Origin: Acidaminococcales bacterium | GTDB taxonomy: Bacteria > Bacillota > Negativicutes > Acidaminococcales > JAISLQ01 | Assembly (NCBI GenBank): GCA_031552765.1 | Contig: JAVBME010000011.1 | Span: 4,178 to 68,177, forward strand | Length of the DNA: 64,000 nt | Reading direction: 5' to 3' | In this document: positions 27,990-37,690 of the stretch, in pieces | Numbering within the stretch: the first letter of the stretch is position 1 | Layout: each line of letters opens with the position of its first letter | Translations under genes and position numbers: made by a program | The notes under the pieces: generated by a model | Seen by the model: the letters and a program-made list of their open reading frames with translations, nothing else | Database searches by the model: none | Told to the model about the DNA's origin: nothing

Positions 27990-29099
27990 TTATTTTATAC
28001 CTTCAAGAATCTGGGCCAGTTCACTGGCGCTCTGGTCGCCGGCAGCAGGAGTTACTATTGCCTGATTGCCGATCTTGACAGTACCGCCTTCGGCATAAGC
28101 CGCGGCTACCGGTTCTTTGGTATAGTATACGCGGGCCAGGTTACCGGCGATGAGATATGCCCTTTCCGTACCGCTCATATTGGCGGCGGCGGCCGGTTTC
28201 ATAAATACTTTGCCGTTTACTTTCACTTCACCGGTAGCGGCATCCACGGTAACTTTACCCTGGCTGTGCTCGGTCAGCTTTTTGCTGTAGTTGTCGCGGC
28301 GGGATTTGTCGTCAGGATGGGTCGAAGGACTGAGTATATCGTCAAACATGCCCTTTTTCGGCCCTGCGCTCAATTGATCAATGACCCGCTGCCATACGGC
28401 GGCCGGAGCGCCCGGATTGTAACCGGCAGCTACCAGATAGCCATAAGCGTCGTTATCTGCTTGCCATTCATTAGGTTTGGTCACGCCGGCATTTTTAGCG
28501 TTGACAGATACTACATCAACAGCCAGGCGGGCGCCGCTGCCCATCTGTGAGCCCAATACTTTACGCACAAATTCGATATTCATTTTCTTTTTGGCGCCTT
28601 CGATCGGGTGGTTCCTTTGGCCGTGGATAATTTCATGGGCTACTATTGCAGCGACCCGGTCTTCATGATTGTCAAAAAAGTAAAATACGCCGGTATTTAT
28701 CGAGATATTATGCCCTAAAGTACAATAGGCATTGAAAAATTCCAGATTGTTGACAAAATAATTATAGGGCTTAGTTTTGATAGACTCTTCTTTCTCGCCA
28801 ATAACGGCGGAAAGTTTTACCATGATATTATCGAGGGTTTTATTGAACGCAGGGTTAGTATTGACGCCGTCGTCAGCTTTTATTTGTTCAAAAAGTTCGT
28901 TGCGCCCGTCATTTTCATAATAATCAAGAGATTTTCTTACCTTATCCATTTCCGCGGCGCCGCTTACTACCGTACCTAAACCTTTACCGATGTTGATAGC
29001 TTCCGCTTTGGGCTGCCCCATGCCTACTGTGAGTACTGCGCTAAGCGCCAGCACGCCTACGCCGGCCGCCGCTTTTTGCCATAAAGTTCTTTTTGCCAC
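27990..29099 (-). CDS. Exported M48-family metallopeptidase
   Basis: Signal peptide; FNAY, AHEIIH (HExxH), E.QAD, AGYNP and THP...R motifs. GTG start after GGAGG. Confidence 0.88.
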   Translation of the reverse strand: MAKRTLWQKAAAGVGVLALSAVLTVGMGQPKAEAINIGKGLGTVVSGAAEMDKVRKSLDYYENDGRNELFEQIKADDGVNTNPAFNKTLDNIMVKLSAVIGEKEESIKTKPYNYFVNNLEFFNAYCTLGHNISINTGVFYFFDNHEDRVAAIVAHEIIHGQRNHPIEGAKKKMNIEFVRKVLGSQMGSGARLAVDVVSVNAKNAGVTKPNEWQADNDAYGYLVAAGYNPGAPAAVWQRVIDQLSAGPKKGMFDDILSPSTHPDDKSRRDNYSKKLTEHSQGKVTVDAATGEVKVNGKVFMKPAAAANMSGTERAYLIAGNLARVYYTKEPVAAAYAEGGTVKIGNQAIVTPAAGDQSASELAQILEGIK

Positions 29100-29295
29100 C
29101 TTACACACTCCTCCATCTGTTTGATTGCCGCCTGAGCTAGATTGAAAATACCGTAACTTTATTACACCAACTGTCACGAAACAGCGCAGGGCGTTGTACA
29201 TACATTAAGAGTTTAGTATATTTTGCCATTAATTTCAAGATTTTATTATTTTTAATGAGAAAAATTCCTAATAATAAATAAAAACAAAATTTTAT

Positions 29296-29335
29296 TGATA
29301 ATCATTATTGACTGATAGATATTAAATGTTATAAT
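29296..29335 (+). promoter_or_regulatory. ahpC sigmaA promoter with overlapping Fur/PerR-type 7-1-7 box
   Basis: TGATAAT-C-ATTATTG (29296-29310) overlaps TTGACT (29308-13); TGnTATAAT at 29327-35. Confidence 0.7.
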
Positions 29336-29422
29336 AATAACAAGCGAGGCAATGAACAAATGATATTTTTCCAGTGCCAACGCCGGAAACTACTATAAAC
29401 TATTATCTTAGGAGGTTTTATC

Positions 29423-29986
29423 ATGTCATTGATCAACAAAGAAGTGTCCCCTTTCACGGCCAAAGCATTCCAGGACGGTAAAATAATAGAGGTTAAAAAA
29501 CAAGACCTGGTAGGTAAATGGTCGGTGTTTGTCTTCTACCCGGCCGACTTTACTTTTGTCTGCCCAACTGAACTGGGCGATTTGGCAGACCGCTATGAAG
29601 AATTCAAAAAAATCGACTGCGAAGTATACTCCGTATCTACAGATACCGAATTTACACACAAAGCCTGGCACGATACTTCAGATACGATAAAAAAGATCAA
29701 GTATCCCATGCTGGCAGACCCTACCCACGCCCTGTCCAAAGACTTTGAAGTACTTATCGAAGAAAGCGGGCTGGCTCTTCGCGGTACCTTTATCATCAAC
29801 CCTGCGGCCAAGGTCGTCGCCTATGAAGTGAACCAGACCTCCATCGGCCGTGATGCCGGAGAATTGCTACGCAAAGTACAAGCCGCGCAGTTCGTCGCTC
29901 AACACAGCGACCAGGTTTGCCCGGCAAAATGGACGCCCGGGGCGGAAACCCTCAAACCCAGCTTAGATCTTGTCGGTAAAATATAA
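29423..29986 (+). CDS. ahpC: Alkyl hydroperoxide reductase C (2-Cys peroxiredoxin)
   Basis: FYPADFTFVCPTEL and VCPAKW motifs. Confidence 0.97.
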   Translation: MSLINKEVSPFTAKAFQDGKIIEVKKQDLVGKWSVFVFYPADFTFVCPTELGDLADRYEEFKKIDCEVYSVSTDTEFTHKAWHDTSDTIKKIKYPMLADPTHALSKDFEVLIEESGLALRGTFIINPAAKVVAYEVNQTSIGRDAGELLRKVQAAQFVAQHSDQVCPAKWTPGAETLKPSLDLVGKI

Positions 29987-29998
29987 GGAGTTTTCATC

Positions 29999-31642
29999 AT
30001 GAATGAACTGCACGATCTTGTCATCGTCGGCGCCGGGCCCGCCGGGCTCAGCGCCGCCATCTATGCGGGCCGGGCACGCCTGAAAACTCTGGTTGTCGAC
30101 AAAGAACAACCGGGCGGACAGATAAAGATAACGTCCGATGTTTCCAACTATCCCGGCATAATACAGATAGACGGCGCCAAACTGGCCCAGGATATGGCCG
30201 CCCAGGCCAAAGGCTTAGGAGCCGAGATAGTACAGGAAGAAATCATCGGCGCGGATTTTAGCAAAGATATAAAAGAACTGTCCACTGCCTCCGGCAAAAC
30301 CATCCGCAGTTTAGGCGTCATCGTCGCCACTGGGGCTAAGCCGCGCACGCTCGGCTTCACGGGTGAAGAGGAATACACCGGGCGCGGGGTGGCGTATTGC
30401 GCCACCTGCGACGGAGAATTTTTCCAGGGCATGGATATATTTGTCATCGGCGGCGGTTTCGCCGCGGCGGAAGAGGCCATCTACCTCACCCGTTACGGCC
30501 GCAAGGTAATAATGATCGTGCGCGAAGAGGATTTCACCTGCTCTAAAAGTATTGGCGACAAAGTACGCGCCAACAAAAATATCGAAATAAAGTTCCAAAC
30601 CGAATTGCTGGAAGTAGGCGGAGAAAAAACGCTCAAGTACGCCAAATTCATCGATAATGCCAGCGGCCGCGACTGGGAATACCAGGCTGAACCTGGAACG
30701 TCTTTTGGCGTTTTTGTTTTCGTCGGCTACCAGCCGATAAGCGAAATATTCCGCAAGCATGTGAAAACAGACGATGCCGGCTATCTGGCCACAGATGAAA
30801 CTTTGGCTACCAACGTCCCTGGCGTTTACGCCGCCGGCGATATAAGGCCTAAAACCTTGCGCCAACTGATCACCGCCGTGGCAGACGGCGGACTTGCCGC
30901 GACTAATAGCGAAAGATACATAAAGGAGAAAGCTGAAGCGCTCGGCCTTGTCGAACAAGTCAAAACAACGCCGGCAAGAAAATCTTTCATTGACGATGAT
31001 TTAAAAAAACAACTTTTGCCTATTTTTGAAAAATTCCAACACACGGTCGGCCTCAGCGCCATATTGTTGAATGAAGGAAAAGAAGAATTGGTGCGGTTGT
31101 CGTCGGAAATGAGAAGCTTTTTACAGGAAGCGGTTTTACTTACCGATAAAATAAAGGTAGATATTTACTTCAAAGATGAAAACGTTCCATTGGAAGCTGC
31201 CATAGCTACAGAAACCTACCCGGTAATAACAATCATGGACAAAGACGGCGCTTACACCGGAGCAGCCTTTAGCGGCGTGCCGGGCGGGCACGAGTTCAAT
31301 TCTTTCATAATCGCCCTTTATAACGCCGCCGGGCCGGGGCAGGCAGTAGACGGAAAAATGCTGGAAGCGATTAAAAGCGTGGACAAAAAAGTCGACATGA
31401 AGATTTGTGTTTCCCTGTCCTGCACGCTGTGTCCGGAACTGGTCGGAGCGGCGCAATTGATGGCCATAAATAATCCCAAAATAACCGCGCAGATGGTCGA
31501 CCTGGCGCATTTTCCGGATATACGCCGGGAACACGAAATAATGAGCGTGCCGGCCTTATTGGTCAACAATCAGCATATTAGTTTCGGTAAAAAAGACATT
31601 GGGCAACTTTTGGAATATCTAAAAAGCATTGATGCTATATAA
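29999..31642 (+). CDS. AhpF homolog: thioredoxin reductase with C-terminal AhpF-NTD-like thioredoxin domains
   Basis: GAGPAGL, CATCDG and GVYAAGD, followed by GVPGGHEFNSF and SLSCTLCP; downstream of ahpC. Confidence 0.9.
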   Translation: MNELHDLVIVGAGPAGLSAAIYAGRARLKTLVVDKEQPGGQIKITSDVSNYPGIIQIDGAKLAQDMAAQAKGLGAEIVQEEIIGADFSKDIKELSTASGKTIRSLGVIVATGAKPRTLGFTGEEEYTGRGVAYCATCDGEFFQGMDIFVIGGGFAAAEEAIYLTRYGRKVIMIVREEDFTCSKSIGDKVRANKNIEIKFQTELLEVGGEKTLKYAKFIDNASGRDWEYQAEPGTSFGVFVFVGYQPISEIFRKHVKTDDAGYLATDETLATNVPGVYAAGDIRPKTLRQLITAVADGGLAATNSERYIKEKAEALGLVEQVKTTPARKSFIDDDLKKQLLPIFEKFQHTVGLSAILLNEGKEELVRLSSEMRSFLQEAVLLTDKIKVDIYFKDENVPLEAAIATETYPVITIMDKDGAYTGAAFSGVPGGHEFNSFIIALYNAAGPGQAVDGKMLEAIKSVDKKVDMKICVSLSCTLCPELVGAAQLMAINNPKITAQMVDLAHFPDIRREHEIMSVPALLVNNQHISFGKKDIGQLLEYLKSIDAI

Positions 31643-31647
31643 CTTTA

Positions 31648-31679
31648 AAGCGCCAGGCGTAACGCCTGGCGCTTCTTTT
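31648..31679. terminator. Bidirectional terminator between ahpF-like and proA
   Basis: AAGCGCCAGGCG-taa-CGCCTGGCGCTT. Confidence 0.8.
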
Positions 31680-31692
31680 ATAGTCAATAATG

Positions 31693-32952
31693 TTATCTTA
31701 TCTGTCCGTTGCCTGATATTACATATTTTACGCTTGTCAGCTCCGGCAGGCCCATCGGGCCGCGGGCGTGGAGTTTTTGCGTGCTGATGCCTATCTCCGC
31801 CCCAAAACCAAATTCAAAACCGTCGGTAAAACGGGTGGAGGCATTGACATACACTGCCGCGGCGTCTACTTTTTGCAGAAATTGCTGCGAATTGCTGTAA
31901 TTTTCCGTCACTATCGCTTCCGAATGCCTGCTGCCATACCTTTCAATGTGCGCCAGCGCTTCCGGCAAGCTGCCCACTACTTTCACCGCCAGCTTGAGGT
32001 CGGCATATTCACACGCCCAATCTTCTTCCGTCGCCGCTTTGGCCTCGCCGTACAAAGAGCAGGTCTTCCCACAGCCGAATATTTCCACCTCGGCTTCTTG
32101 TAGCCGTTTGAGCATGCCCGGCAAAAAATCTTCCGCCACCTTCTCATGCACCAAAAGGGTTTCCATAGCATTGCACACCGCCGGGCGCGATACTTTGGCG
32201 TTAAAGGCAATGTCCGACGCCATCGCCAGATTAGCCGATTCGTCAACAAAAGTGTGGCAAACGCCAACGCCGGTCTCTATCACCGGCACCGAGCTGTTTT
32301 CCACGACCTTCTTGATCAGGCCGGCGCCGCCGCGCGGGATTATGACATCGATAAAGTCATTCAGGCGCAGAAGGATGTCGACCGCTTGCCTGTCGGTAGT
32401 CTCCAACAGTTGCACAGAGTGCTTCGGCAGACCTGCCGTTTCGGCGGCATTGGCCAGCACGCCGGCAATAGCCAGGTTTGACCTTATCGCCTCCGAACCG
32501 CCGCGCAATATCACAGCATTGCCTGTTTTCAGACACAGGCCGGCTGCGTCGGCGGTGACATTGGGGCGGGCTTCGTAAATTATGCCAATAACGCCTAGCG
32601 GTACGCGCAGCTTGTTTATCCTCAGCCCGTTCGGCGCCTGGTGGCCGCTTATAACTTCGCCTACCGGGTCTGGCAGGGCCGCGACTTGCCGAAGCCCGAC
32701 CGCCATAGAATCTATGCGGGCGTCGGTCAGCAAAAGCCGGTCCAGCATAGCCTGCGACGTCCCATTTTTGCGAGCCGCCGCCATATCTTTATCGTTTTCC
32801 TTCAAAATCCTTTTTTGTTCTTTTACCAGGGCATCCGCCATAGCCAACAGCGCCTTGTTCTTCAGATCGGTCGGGGCGGCGGCCAGTTTTCCCGCCGCGG
32901 CCTTGGCCTGGGCCGCTATTAACTCTATTTCTTTCTTTATATCCATCTTCAT
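31693..32952 (-). CDS. proA: Gamma-glutamyl phosphate reductase
   Basis: PLGVIGIIYEARPN, CNAMETLL and NASTRFTDG..FGFGAEIGISTQKLHARGP motifs. Confidence 0.97.
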   Translation of the reverse strand: MKMDIKKEIELIAAQAKAAAGKLAAAPTDLKNKALLAMADALVKEQKRILKENDKDMAAARKNGTSQAMLDRLLLTDARIDSMAVGLRQVAALPDPVGEVISGHQAPNGLRINKLRVPLGVIGIIYEARPNVTADAAGLCLKTGNAVILRGGSEAIRSNLAIAGVLANAAETAGLPKHSVQLLETTDRQAVDILLRLNDFIDVIIPRGGAGLIKKVVENSSVPVIETGVGVCHTFVDESANLAMASDIAFNAKVSRPAVCNAMETLLVHEKVAEDFLPGMLKRLQEAEVEIFGCGKTCSLYGEAKAATEEDWACEYADLKLAVKVVGSLPEALAHIERYGSRHSEAIVTENYSNSQQFLQKVDAAAVYVNASTRFTDGFEFGFGAEIGISTQKLHARGPMGLPELTSVKYVISGNGQIR

Positions 32953-32959
32953 TTCCCCC

Positions 32960-34081
32960 TCAAATCAACACCAGGTTGTCCCGGTGTATCACTTCGTCAT
33001 AGCTCTTATTCCCGATTATCGCCGCTATATCGCTCGTCTTGGCCCCTTTCAGGAGTCCTACTTCTTCGTCACTGTAATTAGCCAGCCCGCGCGCTATCTC
33101 CCGCCCGTCTTCGCCGCATACGCTCACCGTAGCGCCGGACGTGAAGCTGCCTTCTACGCCGACTACACCCGCCGCCAACAGGCTGGAGTTGTTTTTCAGG
33201 GCTTTTACGCAACCGGCGTCAACGGTTATTTTTCCTTTTATCCTGGCGCCAAAAGCCAGCCAACGTTTCCTAAATTGCAAGCGGTTTTCTCTCGACAAAA
33301 ACAACGTGCCCAATAATTCGCCTGCCAGCACGCGGTTTATTACCTCTTCTTCCGCGCCCGGCGCTATGACCATGGCGATACCGGCGCTGACCGCGATTTT
33401 CGCCGCGGTTATCTTGGTAGCCATGCCGCCTGTGCCGTGGCTGCTGCCCACCCCGCCGGCCGCCGCTTCGATTTCTTCTGTGATTTCCGGTATTTCATAA
33501 ATCAGCCGGGCAGCGGGGTTGTCCTTGGGATTGGCGTCATAAACCCCTGCGATATCCGACAAAATGAGCAGCAGGTCGGCGTCTACAATACTGGCCACCT
33601 GGGCGGAAAGCGTATCGTTGTCGCCTATTTTCAGCTCTTCTATAGCTACCGCGTCATTTTCATTGACTATCGGTATTATTTTTCTTTCCAATAAAACATT
33701 GAAGGTATTTCTGAGATTGGCATAACGGCTGCGGTTGACCGAATCTTCGCGCGTCATTAGTATTTGGGCGACTATCTGTCCATAAGCGGCAAACAGCCGC
33801 TCGTATTCGCGCATGAGTATACCTTGCCCCACCGCCGCCGCCGCCTGCTTGCCCGGAATGGTATCAGGGCGGACGTTAAGGCCCATACGCTCCATACCGG
33901 CGCTGACCGCCGCCGAAGTCACCAGCACCACCTCTTTGCCGCCCTGGCAGACAGAGGTCAGCTGCCTGGCCAGGCTGTCCATGCGAGCCGGGTCCAAGTG
34001 CCCTTTGGCGTCCGTCAAAGTGCTTGTACCTACTTTGATGACTATTCTTTTGGCGGTTGCTAAAGTTTGGCGTGTAAGCAA
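32960..34081 (-). CDS. proB: Glutamate 5-kinase
   Basis: [19 protein letters not shown] and GTGGMATK motifs, C-terminal PUA domain. Start moved to TTG at 34081. Confidence 0.96.
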   Translation of the reverse strand: MLTRQTLATAKRIVIKVGTSTLTDAKGHLDPARMDSLARQLTSVCQGGKEVVLVTSAAVSAGMERMGLNVRPDTIPGKQAAAAVGQGILMREYERLFAAYGQIVAQILMTREDSVNRSRYANLRNTFNVLLERKIIPIVNENDAVAIEELKIGDNDTLSAQVASIVDADLLLILSDIAGVYDANPKDNPAARLIYEIPEITEEIEAAAGGVGSSHGTGGMATKITAAKIAVSAGIAMVIAPGAEEEVINRVLAGELLGTLFLSRENRLQFRKRWLAFGARIKGKITVDAGCVKALKNNSSLLAAGVVGVEGSFTSGATVSVCGEDGREIARGLANYSDEEVGLLKGAKTSDIAAIIGNKSYDEVIHRDNLVLI

Positions 34082-34121
34082 AGTAATCCCCAACCTTTCA
34101 CAAACAATGCGTAAGCGGCCG

Positions 34122-35387
34122 CTAGTCTTTATAGTCAAATACCATATCCGCGATACGTACGCTGTCTCCCTCTTTTATCCCACGCTCTTTGAGCGCGGCC
34201 TCTATGCCTATGCGCCGCCAGATCATCTGGAAGCGCCGCAGTCCTTCGTCATTGTCAAAATTGGTCATCGCCACAAGGCGTTCTATATTTTTTCCCGCTA
34301 CGACAAAGGAGCCGTCGTCTTCCCGCGTGATGGCAAAAGCGTCCGCATCCACTTCCGGCATGGCAGGCAGCTCTTCGGCCGGCTCTTCCTCGTATGCCAA
34401 AAGTAGCGCATGCGCCCTGTACATCAGCTCTTTGAGCCCCTGGCCGCTGGCAGCCGATACCGGCATTATCTCGTAGCCTTTCTCCTCTACATAGGCGGCC
34501 ACCCGCGGGAAATTTTCCTGGGCGTCCGGCAAGTCCATCTTGTTGGCTACCACCAGTTGCCGGCGGCGGGCCAGTTTTTCACTATATAAGGAAAGTTCCT
34601 GGTTTATCTTGTCAAAATCTTCCACCGGGTCGCGCCCGTCCTGTCCTGATACGTCAAGGACGTGCAGCAGTATCTTGGTGCGTTCTATATGGCGCAAAAA
34701 ATCATGCCCCAGGCCGGCGCCTTGATGCGCCCCTTCAATAAGCCCCGGGATGTCGGCCAGTACGAAGCTTTGCCCTTCATCCAGTCGAACCATGCCCAGG
34801 ACCGGCGTCAAGGTAGTAAAATGATAAGCGGCGATTTCCGGCTTGGCGGCCGACACACTCGCTATGATGCTGGATTTGCCCACACTGGGATAGCCGATAA
34901 GCCCTATATCCGCGAGCAGCTTTAGCTCCAGACGTACCCAGCGGTCTTCGCCCGGCTCGCCTTTTTCGGCAAAAGTCGGCGCCCTATTGACGCTGTTGGC
35001 AAATTTGGCATTGCCGCGCCCGCCGCGCCCGCCTTTGGCCACCGTGTATTTCTGACCGTGGCCGGCCAGGTCTGCCAGCAGAAACTCGCTGGAATCGTCT
35101 TTGACTATAGTGCCGACCGGCACTCTGATTATTATATCTTCCGCCGCCGCGCCGAAGCGGTTGCTCATACCGCCGCGGTCACCGGCTTTGGCCTCAAATT
35201 TTCTTTTGTAACGAAAGTCCACCAAAGTATTGAGATTCTCATCGGCCACCAGCACGATATTGCCGCCGCGCCCGCCGTCGCCGCCGGACGGGCCGCCCTT
35301 TGGTATGAATTTTTCCTGGCGAAAACCGCTCATGCCGTCGCCGCCCTTGCCCCCGTGTACATATATCCTGGCCCTGTCTATAAACAT
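34122..35387 (-). CDS. obgE: GTPase Obg
   Basis: Gly-rich Obg fold, GYPSVGKS, YHFTT, DIPG, NKMD and C-terminal OCT domain. Confidence 0.98.
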   Translation of the reverse strand: MFIDRARIYVHGGKGGDGMSGFRQEKFIPKGGPSGGDGGRGGNIVLVADENLNTLVDFRYKRKFEAKAGDRGGMSNRFGAAAEDIIIRVPVGTIVKDDSSEFLLADLAGHGQKYTVAKGGRGGRGNAKFANSVNRAPTFAEKGEPGEDRWVRLELKLLADIGLIGYPSVGKSSIIASVSAAKPEIAAYHFTTLTPVLGMVRLDEGQSFVLADIPGLIEGAHQGAGLGHDFLRHIERTKILLHVLDVSGQDGRDPVEDFDKINQELSLYSEKLARRRQLVVANKMDLPDAQENFPRVAAYVEEKGYEIMPVSAASGQGLKELMYRAHALLLAYEEEPAEELPAMPEVDADAFAITREDDGSFVVAGKNIERLVAMTNFDNDEGLRRFQMIWRRIGIEAALKERGIKEGDSVRIADMVFDYKD

Positions 35388-35443
35388 TATTTTTCCTCTT
35401 TCATCTATACGGCCTACAGCCGCAGCTTAAAAGCAAAACGCCT

Positions 35444-35656
35444 TCATTTTTTCCCTTTACTCAGTATCGCACGCAATTCTTCCGGGCCTGACGGCGCCGG
35501 CACCTCCAGATTCTGAATGTATTCCATCGCTTTGTCCCATTTTTTCAATTCCAGGCAAGAGTATATTATTTGCATATGATTCAAAAAGTCATGCCGCTGC
35601 CTGCGCAAAAGCATGATAGCTTCTTCACAGGTAAAATCATTTTCTTCTTTCGGCAT
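35444..35656 (-). CDS. Spo0B helical-hairpin-only protein (truncated phosphotransferase-like)
   Basis: LLRRQRHDFLNHMQII...L.L.K...A.EYI; canonical position upstream of obg; only 70 aa. Confidence 0.8.
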   Translation of the reverse strand: MPKEENDFTCEEAIMLLRRQRHDFLNHMQIIYSCLELKKWDKAMEYIQNLEVPAPSGPEELRAILSKGKK

Positions 35657-35768
35657 ACGCCACCTCACCTAAAAAGTTTTATAATGAAGCAGAAGCCCCG
35701 AAGCCGCTGCTCCAGGGCCTTGCTCTAGTTTTGAGCGTACAAAACCAGCCTGCTTTATTTATGTTACT

Positions 35769-35797
35769 ATTTTATGCCAGTTTGCCTTATTTGTAAA
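35769..35797 (-). promoter_or_regulatory. Putative sigmaA promoter for spo0B'-obg-proBA
   Basis: TTTACA (35797-92), 17 nt spacer, TAAAAT (35774-69). Confidence 0.5.
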
Positions 35798-35908
35798 TAT
35801 CGCGATTGGCCGCGCGGCAAAATGCTCTGCGTTATAATCTGTGCGTCCGATTGACAAACAGCAAAAACTTTCTTAAGATAGCTACATACTGGTAATTATT
35901 ATTATGGG

Positions 35909-37645
35909 GTGAATGCTTATATGATTGCCTTTCTCGAGGCAAAAAAAGCCGGTCTTCTGGATAAAAAACACTTGGCCGCCAATCTGATCTCCGGCCTCAT
36001 CGTCAGCGTCATATCGCTGCCTTTGGGTATGGCTTTTGCCATAGCCTCGGGCGCTAAACCGGAACATGGCATCTATACCTCCATCGTGGCCGGATTTCTG
36101 GCGGCGGTGTTCGGCGGCAGCCGTGTGCAAATCACCGGCCCTACCGGCGCATTTATCGTGCTTTTGTCAAGCATCACTGCGACATACGGCATAGAAGGCT
36201 TGCAAATGGCCACACTTATGGCTGGCGTCATGCTCCTTTGCATGGGTTTTGCCAAATTGGGCAGCGTCATAAAATTTATTCCCAAGCCGGTCATCGTTGG
36301 TTTCACCGCCGGCATAGGCGTGGTCATATGGGTAGGACAGTGGCAGTATTTTTTTGGCCTGGACAAACCGAATGGCAGCCATTTTCACGAAAAAGCTTTA
36401 TCCCTCTTGCAGTCATTGCCGGACCTGCATCCAGCCACGCTCGCTATAGCCAGCGCCAGCCTTTTTGTTATAATTTTCTCTTCACGGATTAAAAAAATCA
36501 GCCGTATACCAAGCCCACTCACTGCCATGGTTTTGGCGACTTTAGCGCAAACCATCTTCTCCTTTGAAGGAGTAGCGACCATCGGCAATACTTTCGGCGG
36601 CATCCCGCAAAATCTTCCTGCCTTCTCTCCACCAGCCTGGACAGTTAGCAAGCTCCTCGAACTCATCGGCCCGGCCTTTACCATCGCCATGCTTGGCGCT
36701 ATAGAGTCGCTCCTGTCGGCGGTCGTCGCCGACAGCATGACAGGCGACAAGCACGATTCTAACCAGGAGCTGATCGGGCAAGGCATCGCCAACATTTTCG
36801 CCCCTTTGCTGAGCGGCATAGCCGCTACCGGCGCCATAGCCCGCACGGCCACAAATGTAAAAAACGGCGGCTCCAGCCCCCTGGCGGGAATATTCCACTG
36901 CGTATTTTTGGTGATAATCCTGCTTTTTCTGGCGCCACTGGCTTATAATATCCCACTGTCCGCCATGGCGGCTATTCTTTTTGTCGTAGCCTATAACATG
37001 AGCGACCTAAAGCACTTCGTCTATATGTTCAGGCAGGCGCCGCGGGAAGATGTAATAACGCTTATCGTCACCTTCCTCTTAACTATCTTTACCGACCTTG
37101 TCGTGGCGGTAAATGTCGGCGTAGTGCTTGCGGTGCTGCTGTTCATGAAACGTATGACCAGCGCCATCACGGTTTACCGTTTCAGCGCCAAAGAGCTCAG
37201 CTATGACCCCTATATCAAGGAAAGCGGGCGACTGCCGGAAGGCCTTTTGGTCTATTCCATCGAAGGGCCTCTCTTTTTTGGCGCAGTGGAAAATTTTGAA
37301 CATGTGCTTTCCTACTCTAAAACGCAACCCAAAATAATCATCATCCGCCTGCACCATGTCCCCTTTGTCGACATAACGGCAAGCGAAGCCTTAACAACCG
37401 CTATTAACAAACTTAAAAATAAAAATGTCCGGATAATCATGACCGAAGCCAATGGCGAAGTCAGCCGCAGCCTACACAAAGCCGGCATTTTCGCGCTTAC
37501 CGGCAAAAGGATGTACTGGCAGAAGTTTTCCGACGCCATGGCCAGCTGCCAAAAGATACTTTCCGGCCAAGATAATGCGCCGGTTCACCAAGTTGAATAC
37601 CAAGACGGCAGGATCGTCAAAACACATTCGGGACAGCAGGAATAA
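35909..37645 (+). CDS. SulP/SLC26 anion transporter with STAS domain
   Basis: LPLGMAFAIASG, GGSRVQITGPTGAF, ESLLSA, ELIGQG and GPLFFGA motifs. Promoter TTGACA-17-TAAGAT at 35851-35879. Confidence 0.95.
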   Translation: MNAYMIAFLEAKKAGLLDKKHLAANLISGLIVSVISLPLGMAFAIASGAKPEHGIYTSIVAGFLAAVFGGSRVQITGPTGAFIVLLSSITATYGIEGLQMATLMAGVMLLCMGFAKLGSVIKFIPKPVIVGFTAGIGVVIWVGQWQYFFGLDKPNGSHFHEKALSLLQSLPDLHPATLAIASASLFVIIFSSRIKKISRIPSPLTAMVLATLAQTIFSFEGVATIGNTFGGIPQNLPAFSPPAWTVSKLLELIGPAFTIAMLGAIESLLSAVVADSMTGDKHDSNQELIGQGIANIFAPLLSGIAATGAIARTATNVKNGGSSPLAGIFHCVFLVIILLFLAPLAYNIPLSAMAAILFVVAYNMSDLKHFVYMFRQAPREDVITLIVTFLLTIFTDLVVAVNVGVVLAVLLFMKRMTSAITVYRFSAKELSYDPYIKESGRLPEGLLVYSIEGPLFFGAVENFEHVLSYSKTQPKIIIIRLHHVPFVDITASEALTTAINKLKNKNVRIIMTEANGEVSRSLHKAGIFALTGKRMYWQKFSDAMASCQKILSGQDNAPVHQVEYQDGRIVKTHSGQQE

Positions 37646-37656
37646 TAGCGGCAAGA

Positions 37657-37682
37657 AGAGGCCGGGCGTTTGCCCGGCCTCT
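37657..37682. terminator. Hairpin between convergent sulP and dehydratase genes
   Basis: AGAGGCCGGGC-gttt-GCCCGGCCTCT. Confidence 0.7.
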
Positions 37683-37690
37683 CAGTTTAC

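Noticed and set aside
29423-31642. Selenocysteine or recoding in the redox genes
   Set aside because: All catalytic positions are ordinary Cys codons and the frames are uninterrupted.
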